In this document: positions 38,208 through 51,077 of the stretch, piece after piece
How the letters are laid out: every line of letters begins with the position of its first letter
Position numbering within the stretch: position 1 is the first letter of the stretch
Origin: Fonticula alba ATCC 38817
Taxonomy: Eukaryota; Protista; Nucleariida
Direction: 5' to 3' (one strand)
Assembly: GCA_000388065.2 (NCBI GenBank)
Contig: KB932202.1
Length of the DNA stretch: 64,000 nt
The notes under the pieces: generated by a model
Seen by the model: the letters and a program-made list of their open reading frames with translations, nothing else
Database searches by the model: none
Told to the model about the DNA's origin: nothing
Program-made: the position numbers and the translations under genes

Positions 38208-41200
38208 CGTCGGTGCCCTCCCCGCCCCGCCGCCGCCGCCGCCGCCGCAGACTGGGCGGCCATTTGCTCCGGGGTCCTGGCGCCATCGCGCGCGGTGCTC
38301 CTTGCCTGGTCGGCTCCCGACGCCTCGGCCACCCTCCTGGATGGGCCGGCCTCCCCGGGGCAGGTGTTCGTCGCCTTTGCCGGGGTCCTGGCGGCGGTGC
38401 TGCGCTTTGCCGGGGATCTCCCCCGCGCGGCCATCTCCCCGCTAGCCAGCCTGCTCTTCACCCTGGTACGCGGCTGCCCGTCCCATGATGTCCCCCCCCC
38501 CCCCCCGCCCCTCCTTGCTCGCGGACGCATAGCACTCACCAAGTTGCCGCCACATGCCCCGGTACAGCCTCTCGGCATTTCGCTGGCCGTCTGCCGGTCG
38601 GTCCTGGAGGCGGACCACTTCTTCCAGCATGCCCTCGGCCCGTGCATGCAGGCCACGGCCGCGGCCCTGTTCGGCCCGGCCCCGGAGGCCGCCATGCAGG
38701 CGACCGCCTTCCTGGCCGAGGTGCTGCCGCTGCTGCTGGAGGATCCTCGGGCGGAGGGGATTCTGACGCGCACGCCGGCCGGCCTGGTCCGGCTGCCGCC
38801 GGTCCCGGGGCGCGTGCGCGCCGGCGAGGACCACTTCCCGGAGCACTGGCGTGAGACGTGCAGCCCGGCCAGCTGGCCCGGGCTCGACCGGGCCGAGCTG
38901 CCCGGCGCCTGTGCCACGGTCGTCGCCATCAGCACGCTCCTTCGTCGGCTGGACCTCGGGCCGGGTGCCACCGGGGCCGGGGTGCTGGACGCCCTGCTGG
39001 GGGCCGTGATCGGGCATCTGCCGCGCGCGGCCGGCGCCCCGGGGCTGCCCTATTCCGGCGTCGTGAGCCTGGGCCTGTTGGACCCGGTGGACGCGTGTCT
39101 CCTGCACACGGCGGCACATCTGATGGAAACCCTGGGCCACCTTCAGGCCGGCCTGGGGAAGGAGGCTGCCCTGCATGATCGCCAGTGGTTTGGCCAGCTG
39201 TTCCAGCTGGCCCCGGTGTGCTACACCTCCGGGCCGCTGTTGGCCGGGCTGGTGGCCGTGCTGCAGCCGCTGGCGGTGTCCGATGACGAGTCGGAGGCCG
39301 GGGGTGCCCTGCCTGCGGGGGTCCTGGCCACCTTGCCGGGGCTGGTGGAGCCGCCGGCCCCCGGGGCCCCGGTCGAGGCCCCGGAGCTGACGCCCCTCGG
39401 CACGGTCATCCTGCAGATGGGCGCCTCCTTCGACACGTTGACCCGGGTGTCGGCGCTGCGGCTGCTGCGGCTGCTGGCGCCGGGGCTGCTGGGCCCGGCT
39501 GCCGGGCCGGATGCCGCCACCACCGTGGCCACTCTCCTGGCCCGGCTGCTGGCCGTGGAGGCCATTCCCCTGGACTTGAGCACGCACCGTGAGCGCCTGC
39601 TGGAGCAGGATGCCCTGGGGCGCTATTGCGCCGGGGCCCGGCTGCCGGCCCCCTTTGACCGGCTGCCGACGCTCTTCCTCCTCTCGCAGATGGCCGTCAA
39701 TTTGCGGCTCATCTGGCCCAACACGCGCGAGCACCTGGCCCGCGAGGCGGCCACCCGGCCGGGGCCCTTTGCGATGGTGGTGGCCGCGGCCCTGGAGCAG
39801 GCCCGCGCGTCGGCCATCGAGGCCGCGTCGCTGTCCGGCGCATCGGCCGGCTTCACCGGGGCCTTCCTCCCGGTGCTGGGTCTGGCCGAGGAGCCGTGCC
39901 TGGCGGCCCCGGCCCCGGGGCAGGTGGTGCGAGCCCCGCGCCGCGACCACCGGACCACCATCAACCCGCGCTTCGAGATCGTGGACACCTTCACCGATGG
40001 GCATGTCCGTGCGCTGGCGGCCAGCGTGCGCTTGCTGCTGGCCCCGCCGGTGGCCCTGGCCTTGCACCTGAATGGTCGGATGGTGGCCACGGTGACCGGC
40101 TCGCGGCTGGACTTCGCCGCCTTCGAGGTCCGGCTGTGGGACATGTTGCAGGAGGCCACCTCGGCGGCCGAGCGCATTGGCCGGTCCCTGGTGCCGCTGA
40201 TGCTGGCCACCATGGACAAGTACCTGGAGGTGTCGTCCCTGCTGCAGGACGCGTCCCCGGCTGCGGCCGCGGGCGCCACCGCCGCCTCCACCGACAAGGA
40301 TGCCGAGGAGGATGCCGAGGAGGATGCCGACGAGGAGGAGGAGGACCTGTCCGCCACCATGGAGGTCGATTCCTCGGCGCCGGCGGCCTCCCCGGAGGAG
40401 GCCGACTTTGTCGATGCCCCGGAGATGGCCCCCATCGAGGGCGCGCCGGTGGACGCGGGCACGGGCCCGGCGCACCTGCGGGCCCCGCACCGGCGTCACA
40501 TGGGCCCGCTGTTGGAGGCGCATTTGGCCTTCCTGGCGCGCTTCCGCGCCGTGCGATCGGTCTTCCAGGGTGAGGCCCTGCGCGAGCGGGTGCTGCTGCT
40601 CCTGTGCCAGGGCGATGCCCGGGTGCAGCAGGCGGCCCTGGAGGCCCTGCTGCGCTGGCGCCCGCTGAACCTCGACCGGTATGCCGATGCCATCGGGTCG
40701 CTGATCCATGAGAAGCGCTTCCGCGGGGAGCTCAGCCAATTGATGGCCTGCCTGTGTGATGAGCACTTTGTCCGGCACAAGCGCGTGAAGACCGACAACC
40801 GGGTCGAGAAGTACGGGTCCTTCGGGACCACGGGCCTCGAGCCGGCCGACCGTCGGGTGGTCATGGAGGTGGTGCTGCGGGTGCTCTTCGGCAAGCTCTT
40901 CGCTCGGGATGGCCGGGCCAAGAAGGCGCTGGCCGGGCGGCGCGTGGCCATCCTGGCCCTGCTGGCCCAGGGGTGCACCCCGGAGGAGCATGCCCTCTTT
41001 GTGGGGCTCATGGTGCGGCCCTTCCTGCGTGGATCGGCCGACGACCCGGCCCGGGCCCTCTTCACCGGGCCGGAGCACTGGCCCACGCCGGAGCAGCTGA
41101 CCTTCCCGCCGTCGGCCGATGCGAAGTCCGTGCCACGACGCTCTTCCGATCTCATGCCCTCTTTGTGGGGCTCATGGTGCGGCCCTTCCTGCGTGGATCG

Positions 41201-44200
41201 GCCGACGACCCGGCCCGGGCCCTCTTCACCGGGCCGGAGCACTGGCCCACGCCGGAGCAGCTGACCTTCCCGCCGTCGGCCGATGCGAAGTCCGTGCCGC
41301 TGGTGGCCACCGCCCCGCGGGCCCTGCAAACCGGCTTCCTGTCCACGGCCGGGTCGTTGCTGGAGCAGCTGGCCGGCCGGGCCCAGGGCTTCATGCCGCT
41401 CTTCATGGCCCTCTTCCTGGCCATCGGCCAGGGGAAGCTGCACCACCCGGCGGCCGGGCACGCGGTGCCGGATCTGCCGCTGGAGCAGCTGGTCCTCCGC
41501 CGGCTGGCCGCCGTGACCACGCAAATCCCGGGCTTCGACTATTCGCCCTATGTGGCCACCATCCATGCCGGGCTGGTGACCCCGCGATTGGAGCTCTTCA
41601 CCCAGGGCCGCGGCTTGCAGCATCGGGTGGGTCTGCTGGAGCTGCTCCGGGCATGGTCGTCGCAGGCTTCCTGCGCGGCCTTCCTCGGCCCGGATTACAG
41701 CCCGACCTTGCTGCCGACCTTGGTGGGGCTGCTGTCGCACCCGCAGGCCTCGGTCGAGGTGCTGCAGGCCATCATCGACATCGTGGCCAACCTGGTGGCC
41801 GTGGTGGATGGCCAGGCCAGATCGGAAGAGCGTCGTGGTCGCAGGCTTCCTGCGCGGCCTTCCTCGGCCCGGATTACAGCCCGACCTTGCTGCCGACCTT
41901 GGTGGGGCTGCTGTCGCACCCGCAGGCCTCGGTCGAGGTGCTGCAGGCCATCATCGACATCGTGGCCAACCTGGTGGCCGTGGTGGATGGCCAGGCCCCG
42001 GCCGACTTGTCCGATGGCAAGGCAACCATGCAGCGGGAGCTGCGCGCGGCCCAGGCCGCCATGCTCCAGCCTGCCGGGGCCGATGCCGGCACCGTGGCGA
42101 CCGAGTCGGGCCCGGTGGCGGCGGCCCGGCGTGCTTTGCTGGCCGTGGTGCCGGACTTCCTGCACCATGTGCACCTCCTGCTGCAGCGGACGCTGGCTCG
42201 CGACCCGGGGGCCCGGCAGCGCGTGCGTGCCGAGCGCATTTCGGCCTTCGCCCACGCGCGTGCGGGCATGGCGGCCGCTTCGACCCTGGCCGATGGCGGC
42301 CTGTCGGATGACCATCTTGGGCGGATTTTGTCGATCCTGGCCCGGCTGAGCCGCGGCCTCGGGGTGGCGACCGCCGGCGCGGCGCCCGGCTCGGCATCCG
42401 GCATCACCGATTCCACGGAGCTCGTGGCCCTGATGTCGGTGCTGGCCGTGCGGCCCAGCGCGCGGCTCTCCGAGTCGGCCATGGAGTCGGTGCTGGAGGT
42501 GGTGTCCAATCTCCTGCCGGGGGTGCACCTGGCGCGCCTGGGCGACCGGCTGGCGGAGATGCGCGGCGCGGTGGCCGCCCCGGCCGAGTGCCCCAGCCGC
42601 CGGGTGGAGAACTACTCGGCGCGGGCCCGCGCGGCGCTGGGGGCCCCGGCCATCGACGCTTCGGTGCCGGTGACCGCCGGCCGGCCGGCCGCCGAAATGG
42701 GCCACCCCCTGTCGGACCTGCTGGCGCCGCTGTTTGCCTCGCTGCGGACGCTGCCCACGCGGGCGGCCCTCTGTCGGGTGTTCGTGACCATGGCCGATGC
42801 GGTGCCCAGCATGGGCCCGCTGGCGGCGGCCCTGGTGGATTTGCACACGGCCGACGCCCAGTTCCTGGATGTGGTGGACTGGGAGCGCCGGGCTTCCGGC
42901 TTCCGGGCCCTGCGTGAGCAGGTCATGCCGACGGCCCCGGCCGCGGTTTTGGCCCCGGCCCTGCATGCGTTGTCCTTCTTCCTGCGCGATGTGGATGACT
43001 ATTCCCTCCGGTCGAATGCCAGTCTCTGCTGGAGTGCCCTCCTGCAGCGGATCCAGGCCGGGGCTCATGTGGGATGTGCGACGCACAGCCCGGCCGAGCA
43101 GCACCACCTGGAGCTGCTGCTGCTGACGGTCTTCATGGCCGGCATCCGCCGGGCCATTCGCTTCTCCAAGGAGGCCGTGCAGCAGGAGTTCCTGCAGCTG
43201 CTGGGTCAGGCGGTCAACCTGCTTGGCCGGCATATGCCGTACTTCTTCTCGCTCTTCCACCTGCAGTTCAGCGCGGCCACCGTGCGCAAGCGCCGTCGCC
43301 AGCAGGAGGAGGATGAGGCGGAGGCGGAGGCCGAGACCGAGGCGGAGGCCGAAGCCCCCACCGCGGCCGAGGGCTCTGACGGCGCTCTCCTGGGCGGATC
43401 CGTGCCGCTGTTGCTCGGGTCCGAGGAGGCGCTGGCTGCTTCGGCGGGTGGCGACGCCCTGGAGGGCAGCTTCTTCGAGAATGTCTTCCACCTGCAGGCG
43501 TCTCGGCGGACGCAGGCCCTGCGCCAGCTGCGCCAGTCCCTGCGCGAGAATGACACCCCCGCGGAGGCCCTCATCGGGGCCACTCCGCCGGAGGAGGGGG
43601 CCCTGCTGCGGGTCCGTGTGGACCTGGGCTTCCTCAATGAGTTGATGGCTCCGCTGGCCGTGCGCCTGGCATTGGAAAGCATGGACGCCAGCCTGCAGGA
43701 TGAGGCCATCGCCCTGTTGGGCGCCATTGCCGGGCACCTGCCGCTGGACAAGTTTGTCTTCCTCTTCTGCGACATTTCCGGGCGCTTCGATCGCCCGGCG
43801 GCCAAGACCCGCCTGCTGATCCGCATGCTGGTGACCGTGGTGGATGCCTTCCACTTCACGGTGGGCGAGCTGGACCCCGCGGTCCTGGCGGCCGAGGGGG
43901 CCATCGTCGATGGCGAGCCCGGCGACGGGGATGAAGGTGGCCCCGAGTCCGAGGACGAGGGCGACGACGGGCCGGAGGGCGGCGACCCGGGTCCGCAGGG
44001 CCCGACCGACAAGGCGCCCGGTGCCGAGCTCGACTCGGACAACGACGAGTCGGATGACGAGCCGGAGAGCGCCGGGTCCAAGGGGCCCGCGACCGCCGGC
44101 GATGCCGGGGCCAAGGGGCCCAAGTCGCGGAAGGCCTCGCCGGCCGAGGCGATCCTCCGTCCGGCGGCGGTCCTGTCGCGCGAGGCCCTCCTCCGCCTGG

Positions 44201-47200
44201 AGGAGCCGGCGCGCGTGCACTACTCCATCACGGCGACCCTGCTGCCGCGGCTGTATCGACTGGTGACGCGTGGCGCGGCGACCGCCATCGCGGCCGGGAC
44301 CGGTGCGCGGAGCAAGGCCGCCGCGGCCGCGGCCCTGGGCGGCTCCAATTCCACGGTGTCCTCGACGTCCATGATGTCGATCGCGGACAATTCCACCTCG
44401 GTGCGGGCGGACGCGGTGACGCGCCTGCCGCTGGCCCTGTCGGCGGTGAAGCTGATGCGTGCCCTGCCGGAGAGTGCCATGGCCACGCGGCTGCCCTCGG
44501 TGCTGGCCACCCTGTCGGCGCTGATGCGGTCCAAGGATGAGGCCGCGCGTGACACCACCCGCAAGACCCTGGTGGCGGTGGCCCGGCTGCTGGGCCCCCG
44601 GTACCTGGTGTCGATTGTGTGCGACTTGTCCTCGGCCCTGCGCCGGGGGTATCAGGTGCATGTGCTCGGGTTCACGGTGTACACCCTGATGGAGGCCATG
44701 ATGCCGTCCCTGTCGCCGATGCGCGTGGTGCCGGAGCTGGTGGAGGAGCTGGCGCGCATTTTCACGGCCGACGTCAGCGGTCTGCTGGCCGAGGAGAAGG
44801 ACGTGGCCGGCCTGGCGGCCAAGGGCATCGAGAGCCGCGTGTCCCGGGCCCCGGAGGGCTTCGGCCTGATCGGGCGTCTGGTGGTGCCGGAGACCGTGCT
44901 GCTGGCCCTGGGTCCGGTGTGCGATGTGCTGGCCAGTGTGGAAGACTCGCGGACCAATCGCCGGGTGGAGGCCCTCCTCCGGCGGCTGATCGCCGGCATC
45001 GTGCAGAACCGGCACTTCCCCCGGCGCGAGGCCCTGGTGCTGGCGCACTCGTTGATCGTTCGCCGGTCGCCGGTATTTACGCACACCCAGCGCATGACGG
45101 CCGCGGCGCAGGCCACTCGGGCCGGGCCGCGGCGCAACCGCGACCAGGACCTGGACCCGGATTCGGACATCCGTGGCCAGGGGGTCGGCAGCACGGCCTT
45201 CGGCATTTCCGCCCGCCATGAGCAGACCTTCCTGGTGCAGTCGCTCAATCGGCCGGATGCCGAGCGTGATGCCGGGCTGTCCCATGGTGAGGCGGCTGTT
45301 CGGCGCTTCGCCGCCAATGCCCACCTGTTCACGGATGCCGGGCTGGGCCTGGTGACGGCCGTCATCAAGAGCCAGCATTCGGAGCGCATGCGCGCGTCGG
45401 CAGCCGACCGGGCCGCCGCCGCCGCGGCCTCCGGCCCGAAGGTCTCGCGTGCCGGCGATGATGATGGGCCGGCCTCGGCGGAGCCCGACCATGTGTCGCA
45501 TGAGACCGCCGACCTGGAGGCCGCCGAGTCGGAAGCCGCCGAGATGGAGACCGCCGACCCGGAGGCGGTGGCCCGGCGTGCGGCCCGCATGGCCGAGGAT
45601 GTGGCCCTGCTGGACCCGTTTGTCGAGCCGCTGCTGGGGTTCCTGTCGGCCCGGCGGAACCGCCTCCTGCCGCCGGCCCTGACGGTGTCCTCGCGGCTGC
45701 TGCAATTGCCGCTGCCCTCGCTGGATGGGCGCCATGAGACCGCCTACGCGGAGAAGCTCTTCCAGATTGTGCTGGACAGCCCGTCCACCGGGGACGAGGT
45801 GGCCCTGGCGGCGCTGCGGGCCTTGACGCTGGTGGTCCGCCACCGGCCCAAGGCCATCGTCGACCCGGGCAAGCTGGAGCGTGTCATCGCCGTGGTGTCG
45901 CCGGAGTTGGAGAGCGCCGATCCGCGTGTCCATGGCGCGGCCTTCCCCTTCTTCCGGGCGTTGCTGGCCCGGCGGGTGGTGTCGCCCGGCATGGAGGCCA
46001 CGGTGGACCAGCTGTCGCGGCTGCTGGTGGTGTCGCCGGAGCAAAGTGTGCGCAGTGCCTCGCGGCAGTTGCTCCTGCGCTTTGTGCTGGATTACCCGCT
46101 GCCGGCCGGGCGCCTGGCCGGGCTGCTGCACTGGCTGGTGGAGCAGCTGGCCTATGAATTCGAGCTGGGCCGGCTGTCGGTCATCCAGCTGCACATGGAC
46201 TTCATGCGGTTCCTGCCGGCGGCCACGGTGCAGGCCAATGCCCTGCTTTGGCTGCTGCCGCTTGTGTTTGCCCATGTCGGCGATCAGGCCACCCAGTGCC
46301 GTGCCCTGGCCGGGGCGGTGATCGGCGCGCTGGTTGCCCGGCTGGAGCCGCGGCCGCTGGACCAGGTGCTGGCGCTGCTGCGGAGTTGGCTGGCCGGTGG
46401 CCGGCCGGCTCCGGCCCGGTCGGCCCTCGATGGGGCCCCCCGGCTGTCGGCCCTGACCCCGGCCCCGGCGAACCCGGAGCTGGCGCGCGCCGGGGCCCAG
46501 CTTGCCGGGCTGCTGAATGACGCCCTGGGCGATCGGTTCCAGGGGTCGGCCGCCATCATGGCGCCTCTTCTGCTGGACCGGCTGGTGGAGCTGCTGACCG
46601 GGCCGCGCAGTCGCCAGGTGGATGCCATCTGGCAGACGGTTTACTCGATTCTCGGGGCGCTGATGAAGCTGCTGCGGGATCACCCGCAGCGTGTGGGCCC
46701 GCGCCTGCACTGGCCGCTGCTGCTGCAGACGGATGTCCTGCGCCGGGGCCTGCTCTTCCCCCATGCGTGGGTGCGCAAGGCCACCGCGCGCCTGGTCGGC
46801 CAGTTGCTGGCCATGGCGGATGCCGAGTCGCTGGTCATTCGTGATGCCTTGGCGGCCCATGTGGCGGCCTCGGCTGCGGCTGTGGCTGCGGCCGATGTGT
46901 CGGCCTCGGCCCCGGCCCCGGCGACGACCGGCTCCTCCACCCCGGACGAGGGGGCGCCCGTGCGGTCGAAGCGTGCTCAGAAGCGCGCCCGTGCGGCCCA
47001 GCAGGCCAAGAGCCTGGAGGGGGAGGAGGCGGCCCCGGCGGCGGCGGCCCCGGCGGCGGCCCCGCTGCCTCCCCTGCCGGCTCCGACGCTGCTGCCGCTG
47101 GTGGTGTCGCTGGCGCGATTCTCCCTGCGTCAGTTGTACTCGGACAACCTGGACAGCGAGCATGGGGACCAGATTGTGCGCAATCTCTTCTTCCTGTCGC

Positions 47201-48543
47201 GAGTGCTGTACCAGCATGGGGACCTGGTGTCGGCGGATGCGGCCCGGCGTGAGGCCGAGGCGGCGACCTCCACCCCGTCGGCCGACGGGGCGGACTCCGA
47301 CGATGCGGACTCCGACGACGAGGCCCTGTCCGGCCTGCAGGAGGAGGAGGACTCCGCCGGGGCCGGGGACGATGGCCTGGGCTCTGCCTCGCGGCGGGTG
47401 GACCGCCAAGAGGACTACTCGCTGGCCAGCCTGACTGCCGGGGAGTCGGGTGCCTCGGACAATGACGCCGACGGCGCCGACAATGATGACCCGCTGCCGG
47501 CTCCCTCGGCCTCGTCGCTGGCTCTACGGGCGGCGATGGCCGAGCGCGGCCCGGCGGCCAAGCGCCACCGTGGCCACGCGGCCGGGTCCTCCGAGGAGGA
47601 GGCCGATGCCCAGGAGGCCGACGCCCCGGCGGCGGACATCATGTCCTCGCTGCTGGTGTCCGAGGAGGATCGCCAGCGTTTCGTCTTCGGCAGCTGCTCG
47701 TCGGCCTCGTTGCTGTGGCTCTTCCGGCGGATGTGCCAGATTGCCCGCCGCGAGCACCTGACCAACCGCAGCACGAAGAAGGTATGTGCCTGTTTTCTTT
47801 TTTCCCTTCCCGCTCCTTCGGTCGACACTTGGTTTGTCCCCTCCATCGTGGAAGGGGGGGGGGGCAGGGGGCGGGGGGCGGGGGGCGGGGGGTGGCCATG
47901 CTTCCTTCCTTTCGCCTTCACCTGCTCTCGGCGTTTTCTCACACCTCCCCCGCTCGTTTGATTGGTTCATCACCCATGCCACCCTCTTGCCCTGGCGTCC
48001 CGTGCCTCGCCTCGCGCGCACCCCCGTGCAACGTGCACACACGCGCACACACACACACAGCGCACGCTCGTCTTCAAGTGGATCGCCGCGGTCTTCCAGA
48101 TCCTCTCGCCAGAGGATCGCACCCTGCTGGCGCCGATGGCCCTGCTGCCGATTGTCCGTGTGATCTCCCTCTCGGCGGACACCCTGCCCGGTGGGCCGGA
48201 CCTGCCCCAGCGCCGGGCCGAGCACACGACCCTGCAGCGCCTGGCCGAGGAGGTGCGCGGCCTGCTGCGGACTTCGGTCGGCGGGGCGGACACCTTCGTC
48301 GAGCTGCACGATGCCACCCTCAGATACCTGCAGGCCCTGCGCCTGGACCGTCGTCGGCGCACCCGGCAGCTGGCCATCCTCCGGCCGGAGGTGGTGGCTC
48401 AGCGCCGCGAGCGTCGCAACGAGCGCACCCGCCAGTCCAAGCGGTCGCTGTCCGAGGCGCGCCAGCTGCGCCGGCCCACCGGCCACCGGATCAAGCTCAC
48501 TTCCTCCATGCCGGGGTCCGGAGTCCATGGCGAGAGCCTGTGA
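36483..48543 (+). CDS. UTP20: U3 snoRNA-associated protein 20 (SSU processome HEAT-repeat protein, roughly 3500 aa)
   Basis: Exons 36483-36551, 36660-36746, 36855-37166, (likely exon hidden in gap 37226-37284), ~37345-37642, 37776-38085, 38251-38465, 38568-47781, 48061-48543. Motifs RFR|YTTFAERV, LTEWRELDC, YVRRFAAESFAFLFR, VLRVLFGKL, RGYQVHVLGFTVY, YEFELGRLSV, LLFPHAWVR. Two apparent frameshifts come from adapter artefacts at 40989-41997. Confidence 0.93.
41134..41152 (+). other. Illumina adapter fragment CACGACGCTCTTCCGATCT embedded in the assembly
   Basis: Exact match to the 3' end of the TruSeq read-1 primer (ACACGACGCTCTTCCGATCT). It separates two copies of a 145-nt segment (40989-41133 and 41153-41297). 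Confidence 0.97.
41819..41837 (+). other. Illumina adapter fragment AGATCGGAAGAGCGTCGTG embedded in the assembly
   Basis: Reverse complement of the same adapter. It separates two copies of a 160-nt segment (41659-41818 and 41838-41997). Confidence 0.97.
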
Positions 48544-48974
48544 GGAGGCGGCCAGCCCGGCGGACACAAGTGAGGTCCCTTTCTCCATCCTCTCTCCTTT
48601 TCTCCCCCCTTCCCCATGGCGGCCACATGCGCCAATGCCGGCTTCCTTGGCTCCCGGTGCTCTGTGCTCTGGCCATTGGTCTTCCCTTCCGCGCCCTCCT
48701 TTTCTTTCGTGTGGCGGCCGCCTCGGCCGCGCAACCAATAGACTATCTGTTTCAAAGAACGAAGGAAAGCACTCCCCCCCCCCCTTCGCTGGGGAGGGCT
48801 GGGCAGTCGAGTCGGGGCATGTATTGTGTCTGCGACTGCGCGCGCGTGTGTGTGTGTGTGCTTCCGACATTCGGAGGGCGGAGCGAGAGAGGCTTGGCGG
48901 CCTGCCCCATCTATGAGCGCCAGATCGACGCGCGGAGCCGACCACAAAGACCTCATCTTCACGCCGGTAGTGGC

Positions 48975-50182
48975 TCACTCCTCAGCGGGAGCAGTCTCCT
49001 CGGCCGGGGTGATCTCCTCGGCAGGGGCAGGCTTCTCGGCGAGGGCAGGCTTCTCCCCCTCCGGCTCGGCGGGGGCCAGCTTCGCCTTCTTGGCCTTGGG
49101 CTGCTTGGGGGCCTGGTCGAGCTTGATCGCGCCCTTGCGCGTGGGAATGACCGCCTCCAGGACGGCCGGCCAGTCGCCATCCCTCCGGAAGGCCTCCAGC
49201 AGGATGTGGTGGACTGTGGGCCGGGGACGGCACCGGAAGGGGGGAGGGAGGGAGGGAGGGAGGCAGGGGGCTGGTCAATGGGTGTCCGGGGCAAATGCGA
49301 GGCAGGGCATCCGAGAGCGGGGTGGCCCTCGGCCGCGTACCCTGGTTGATGGTAAGCACATGGCGGGTGTCCAGGCGGATGTGCTCGCTGATGGGCAGCC
49401 GAGCGGTCCGGACGCCGGCCTGACGGGCCCGCTCATAGCACAGGCCGGGATGGTGGTTGTTGTCCACCAGATTACCGATGACATAGATGTGCCCCGGGGC
49501 AATTTTCTCCACGACATTCGGTGACTCAGCCGTCAGGTAGATGACGCGGGATTGCCACTGGGCCGGGTCCACTTCCTCGGTCGGGCGGCCGGTCTCCGCG
49601 TCCATGTGCAGGGCCAGGCCGTGATTGGAGGTGTGGCTGGGAGTCTGGCCAGGGGTGTGGCTGGGAGTCTGGCCAGGGGTGTCACTGGTAATCTGGCCAG
49701 GGGTGTCATTGGGAGTCTGGCTGGGGCTTACCTTCGCGATCTGCTCGCCAGCCTGCTCGCCAGCCTGCTCGGTGGTTTGCCCAGCAGACTGGTCCATGTC
49801 CTGGTCAGGGGCACCCTGCTCGGCGGTCTTGGCCGAGGAAGCCCCTGGCCCGGCCAAGATCCGGGCCACAAGCGACGGCAGCTCCTCGGTCAGGCTGCCC
49901 TGCATGAAGTTGACCCCGCCGGCGCGTCGCCACTCGCTCCAGCTGCAGCAGCGGTCCATGCGCTCGCGGTACTGCCCCCCGAAGGAGGTGGCATGCAGGT
50001 GGAACGGGTACTCGGCCCGGGCGTTGAGCGCATAAATGTGCTCGGTCTGGCGCACAAGCGAGTTGATTTGCTGCGGACCGCGGCCGACCAGGAGAGGGCA
50101 TGTGCGTGTGGTCAGCGGTCCGCCGGGGCAAACGCATGAAATGCATGGCCACGCAATGGCAGGCATTCATGTATGTGTGGCA

Positions 50183-50230
<48 letters not shown>

Positions 50231-50750
50231 TCGATGCCGATGTACGCGCAGCTGGCCGACACCGATGGCCCGGGCGCACCTTCTCGCTCATCAGCTCGTC
50301 AAAGCTGCTGTCCAGCACCACATGCACACCGCTGGTGATGAGGGTGTCGTCCATGGGGTCCATCTTGCGCGCGCGCTTGCGCAGGTGCAGGTTCAGCTCC
50401 TTCAGCACGGCCGCCTCGTCGAAGGAGGTCTCCTCGCGCTCATGCTGCTCCTTGATCTCCAGGAACTGCCGGAGGAGGCCGGCCCGCGCGCGGCGCTTGT
50501 CGATCCGCTGCTGCCGGCGGTCCTCGCGGCGCTGCTCGGATTTGGCCTCCCACTCCTGCTGCCGGCGCAGGCGGCGCTGCTGGTTCTTCGACAGCTTGGG
50601 AGCCGCCTCGCTCGCCGAGGGGGTGCCCCCCTCAGCAGGAGAGGCCGTTTCGGAGAGAGGGGCATGCTCAATGGGGGAGGCGGCCTCCGTGGCCATTGGG
50701 GCCATTTCGTCGGTTGCCGGGCTCGGCGGGACGTCGTGAGCGTCTACCAT
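48975..50750 (-). CDS. TRMT10: tRNA (guanine/adenine-N1 at position 9) methyltransferase Trm10, SPOUT family (~479 aa)
   Basis: Exons 50750-50280, 50070-49341, 49213-48975; total 1440 nt. Motifs LSKNQQRR, VVLDSSFDELMSEK|QINSLVRQ, VIYLTAESPN, YVIGNLVD, VRTARLPI, VLTINQ|V, DWPAVLEAVIPTRK. Confidence 0.93.
49610..49790 (-). repeat. Coding tandem repeats (PGQTPSHT-like 8-aa units and EQAG units) inside TRMT10
   Basis: 24-nt units such as GTGTGGCTGGGAGTCTGGCCAGGG on the + strand, with 12-nt CTGCTCGCCAGC units. Confidence 0.8.
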
Positions 50751-51077
50751 GGTGCTGGGGGGGGGGGGGGGATCGGGTGCGAAGAAAAATAAAAAGGCGA
50801 AGGGCGGATGCCGTGCGCGCGCGCGAAAAAAAAAGAAGGCCGACTGGCAGGGGACAGGCACACAAAGAGCGGGGAGGGGGGAGCAGGTGCAGGATGGCGG
50901 CTGGGGGGCTGGCAGCGGCGGTGGATCGCGCCGCCCGCTCCCGGCTCTTGAGGGCGCGCGGCCGGGCGTTCCCCCGCCCCTCCCCGGTCGATCCCCCCCC
51001 TCTGGGCCGGGCCACGCGCCAGCGCCCGCTGATCGGCCGAGCAGCCACCGCTCGCCGGGCTGGCCCCCCCGGGCCCC

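Noticed and set aside
40973-42349. Apparent frameshifted or overlapping genes and tandem repeats in UTP20
   Set aside because: Fully explained by adapter-containing duplications.
38442-47409. 878-aa and 1904-aa antisense ORFs over UTP20
   Set aside because: Antisense shadows of a GC3-rich exon; Gln/Gly/His-rich nonsense composition.
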